Part shown: in pieces, positions 25,250 through 26,497 of the stretch
Position numbering within the stretch: the first letter of the stretch is position 1
How the letters are laid out: each line of letters begins with the position of its first letter
Assembly: GCF_002803295.2 (NCBI RefSeq)
Contig: NZ_PGGB02000002.1
Coordinates: 37,252-63,748 of the forward strand
Reading direction: 5' to 3'
DNA from: Caedibacter taeniospiralis
GTDB taxonomy: Bacteria; Pseudomonadota; Gammaproteobacteria; Francisellales; Francisellaceae
DNA length: 26,497 nt
Notes under the pieces: generated by a model
The model's database searches: none
What the model saw: the letters and a program-made list of their open reading frames with translations, nothing else
What the model was told of the DNA's origin: nothing
Program-made: the position numbers and the translations under genes

Positions 25250-25468
25250 GGTGCAAGATTACGCATTCCCACGCGGGAGCATGGTAAAGAAGATGGCAGT
25301 GAGAATTTAGAAAAACTGGCAAGCAGGGCTTTAGATCAGATTCGTCAAAAAAACTATATTGCTGAATTAAAAGCTCAACCACAGGCAAAACGAATCCTTA
25401 TGTTGGGGCTGGCTTTTAATCATAAGCGCGTTGTTGTCAAACATCATTGGCAAACAAAGAATAAATAG
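25250..25468 (+). pseudogene. 3' remnant of a PD-(D/E)XK nuclease family gene (PDDEXK_9/DUF1703-type C-terminus)
   Basis: My hand translation gives ...EDGSENLEKLASRALDQIRQKNYIAELKAQPQAKRILMLGLAFNHKRVVVKHHWQTKNK*. This matches the usual tail of AAA-ATPase-like/PDDEXK_9 proteins (A..QI..K.Y......kI...GiaF.gK). A stop lies immediately upstream at 25247-25249, and there is no N-terminal part. Confidence 0.55.
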
Positions 25469-25498
25469 GAACTGAACTTTATATTCATAGGCTGATTT

Positions 25499-26341
25499 TT
25501 AACCAAAAGATTGAGTTGCAATCATTTCACCCATTTTGGTGCTGCCCAACATGGCATTACACCAATGAACTTTGTGATCAGGAAATAATGTGATAATCGT
25601 TGAGCCAAAGTTAAACAAACCGATTTCATCCCCCTTGTTAAAGTGTAAATTTTGATCTTTGTAATCAAAGTGAGTCACTTTGTTATAGTAGTTTGGCGCA
25701 ACAAGCTTATGCCAAGCCGTTTCAATACCAGCAACCAGCATCGCACCGACAAAAATTACGGCGATTTCGCCAATCACGGTATCAAAATAGCAGATAAGGC
25801 GCTCATTTTTAGCAAAGACATCATCGATATTTTCTGCGGTGAGCTCACTCACAGAGAACAGTTTCCCTGGGATATAAATCATGCGTGTCAGCTGCCCATC
25901 CAGAGGCATATGCACGCGATGATAATCCGAAGGGGATAAGTAAATCACGGCAAAATCGGTATAGTCCGCCGTATGAGTATTTGCAGTTAATGCCTTTAAA
26001 GAAAAGGTTTTGCCTTTTGCCTGAATAAGTCTGCCATGTGTTATTTCTCCAGCCTGAGTTATCTTACCATCGGCAGGTGAAACAATGCTGTGATCATTTT
26101 GATCAATCGGGCGTGCTTGCGGTTTTAATCTTCGTGTGAAGAAAGCATTAAAGCTTGTGTAGGCTTTAGGATCCTCAATCAAAGCATCGCTTAGGTCAAT
26201 CTTAAAACGTTTGATTGCCAGTGAGATTAATTTGTTTTTGATCGCAGGGTTTTCGCAGTTGGCAAGTCTGCCTGCCAGGCGTGATAAAAAGGCCTGTGGT
26301 AAGATTTTCTGAGTGGTTAAGAATAAAGTATCTTTAAACAT
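25499..26341 (-). CDS. psd: Phosphatidylserine decarboxylase proenzyme
   Basis: It has the self-cleavage motif FNFGSTIITLF (G-S-T) and the conserved segment DYHRVHMPLDG. Length is 280 aa. Confidence 0.95.
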   Translation of the reverse strand: MFKDTLFLTTQKILPQAFLSRLAGRLANCENPAIKNKLISLAIKRFKIDLSDALIEDPKAYTSFNAFFTRRLKPQARPIDQNDHSIVSPADGKITQAGEITHGRLIQAKGKTFSLKALTANTHTADYTDFAVIYLSPSDYHRVHMPLDGQLTRMIYIPGKLFSVSELTAENIDDVFAKNERLICYFDTVIGEIAVIFVGAMLVAGIETAWHKLVAPNYYNKVTHFDYKDQNLHFNKGDEIGLFNFGSTIITLFPDHKVHWCNAMLGSTKMGEMIATQSFG

Positions 26342-26423
26342 GCGTGATTTCGCGATATATTTTGGCGGGCATTGTAAATTATTTTACTTCTGCCAGCCAC
26401 TGATTTATTGTGAGCGAGTTTTG

Positions 26424-26497
26424 GCTATGACCATCTTCCTGCCCACTTGCATTAAATTCCCCTCTTTCCAAGAGGGGTGGACACTTGCCTGACCACT
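26424..26497. repeat. Second copy (inverted, truncated by the window end) of the composite repeat seen at 7805-7858
   Basis: It contains a perfect 8-bp hairpin cccctctt/aagagggg (26459-26477). The reverse complement aligns with 7805-7858 through aaagaggggaat, gtgggc and ggaagatgg. Confidence 0.55.

Noticed and set aside
1-26497. CRISPR arrays, tRNA/rRNA genes, intact IS elements or integrases
   Set aside because: I found no regularly spaced direct repeats, no tRNA-like T-arm or acceptor patterns in the intergenic regions, and no transposase or integrase ORF. Only the two nuclease gene remnants and short repeats are present.

Overview
This is an AT-rich gammaproteobacterial chromosome window; Legionella-like is only my inference from gene content. 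The flanks are housekeeping. They hold psd, an AzgA-type NCS2 purine permease, and an ABC pair with no binding-protein gene (fused double permease plus an ATPase with a C-terminal extension). They also hold a MurU-like nucleotidyltransferase, a TrhA/hemolysin-III protein, and a four-gene Mla/MCE-type operon (STAS-MlaE, MlaF-like, MlaD-like, DUF330 lipoprotein).

The accessory core runs from about 1.8 to 15.2 kb, entirely on the minus strand, and looks like a cell-surface/secreted module headed by a LysR regulator:
- A ~5.9 kb lipoprotein gene with many Cys-pair beta-sandwich domains and a seven-blade RCC1 propeller. It is one continuous reading frame broken only by two in-frame TAG codons.
- A decayed Rpn-family nuclease gene and repeat debris.
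- A paralogous lipoprotein with two DUF1566/Lcl lectin-like domains. It shares a gapless ~234 nt promoter/5'UTR/signal-peptide module (~87% identity by hand count) with the giant gene, exactly 7,090 nt away.
- An orphan secreted protein.
- An S8 subtilase.
- A small membrane protein translationally coupled to the subtilase.

Other observations are GTAGGG-headed REP-like palindromes, a second composite repeat, and a ~58% GC non-coding block at the window start. There is also a probable 1-nt frameshift at the 3' end of the MlaE-like gene and a PDDEXK_9 gene remnant. I saw no rRNA, tRNA, CRISPR array or intact mobile element. All homology calls come from motif recognition by eye; no searches were run.
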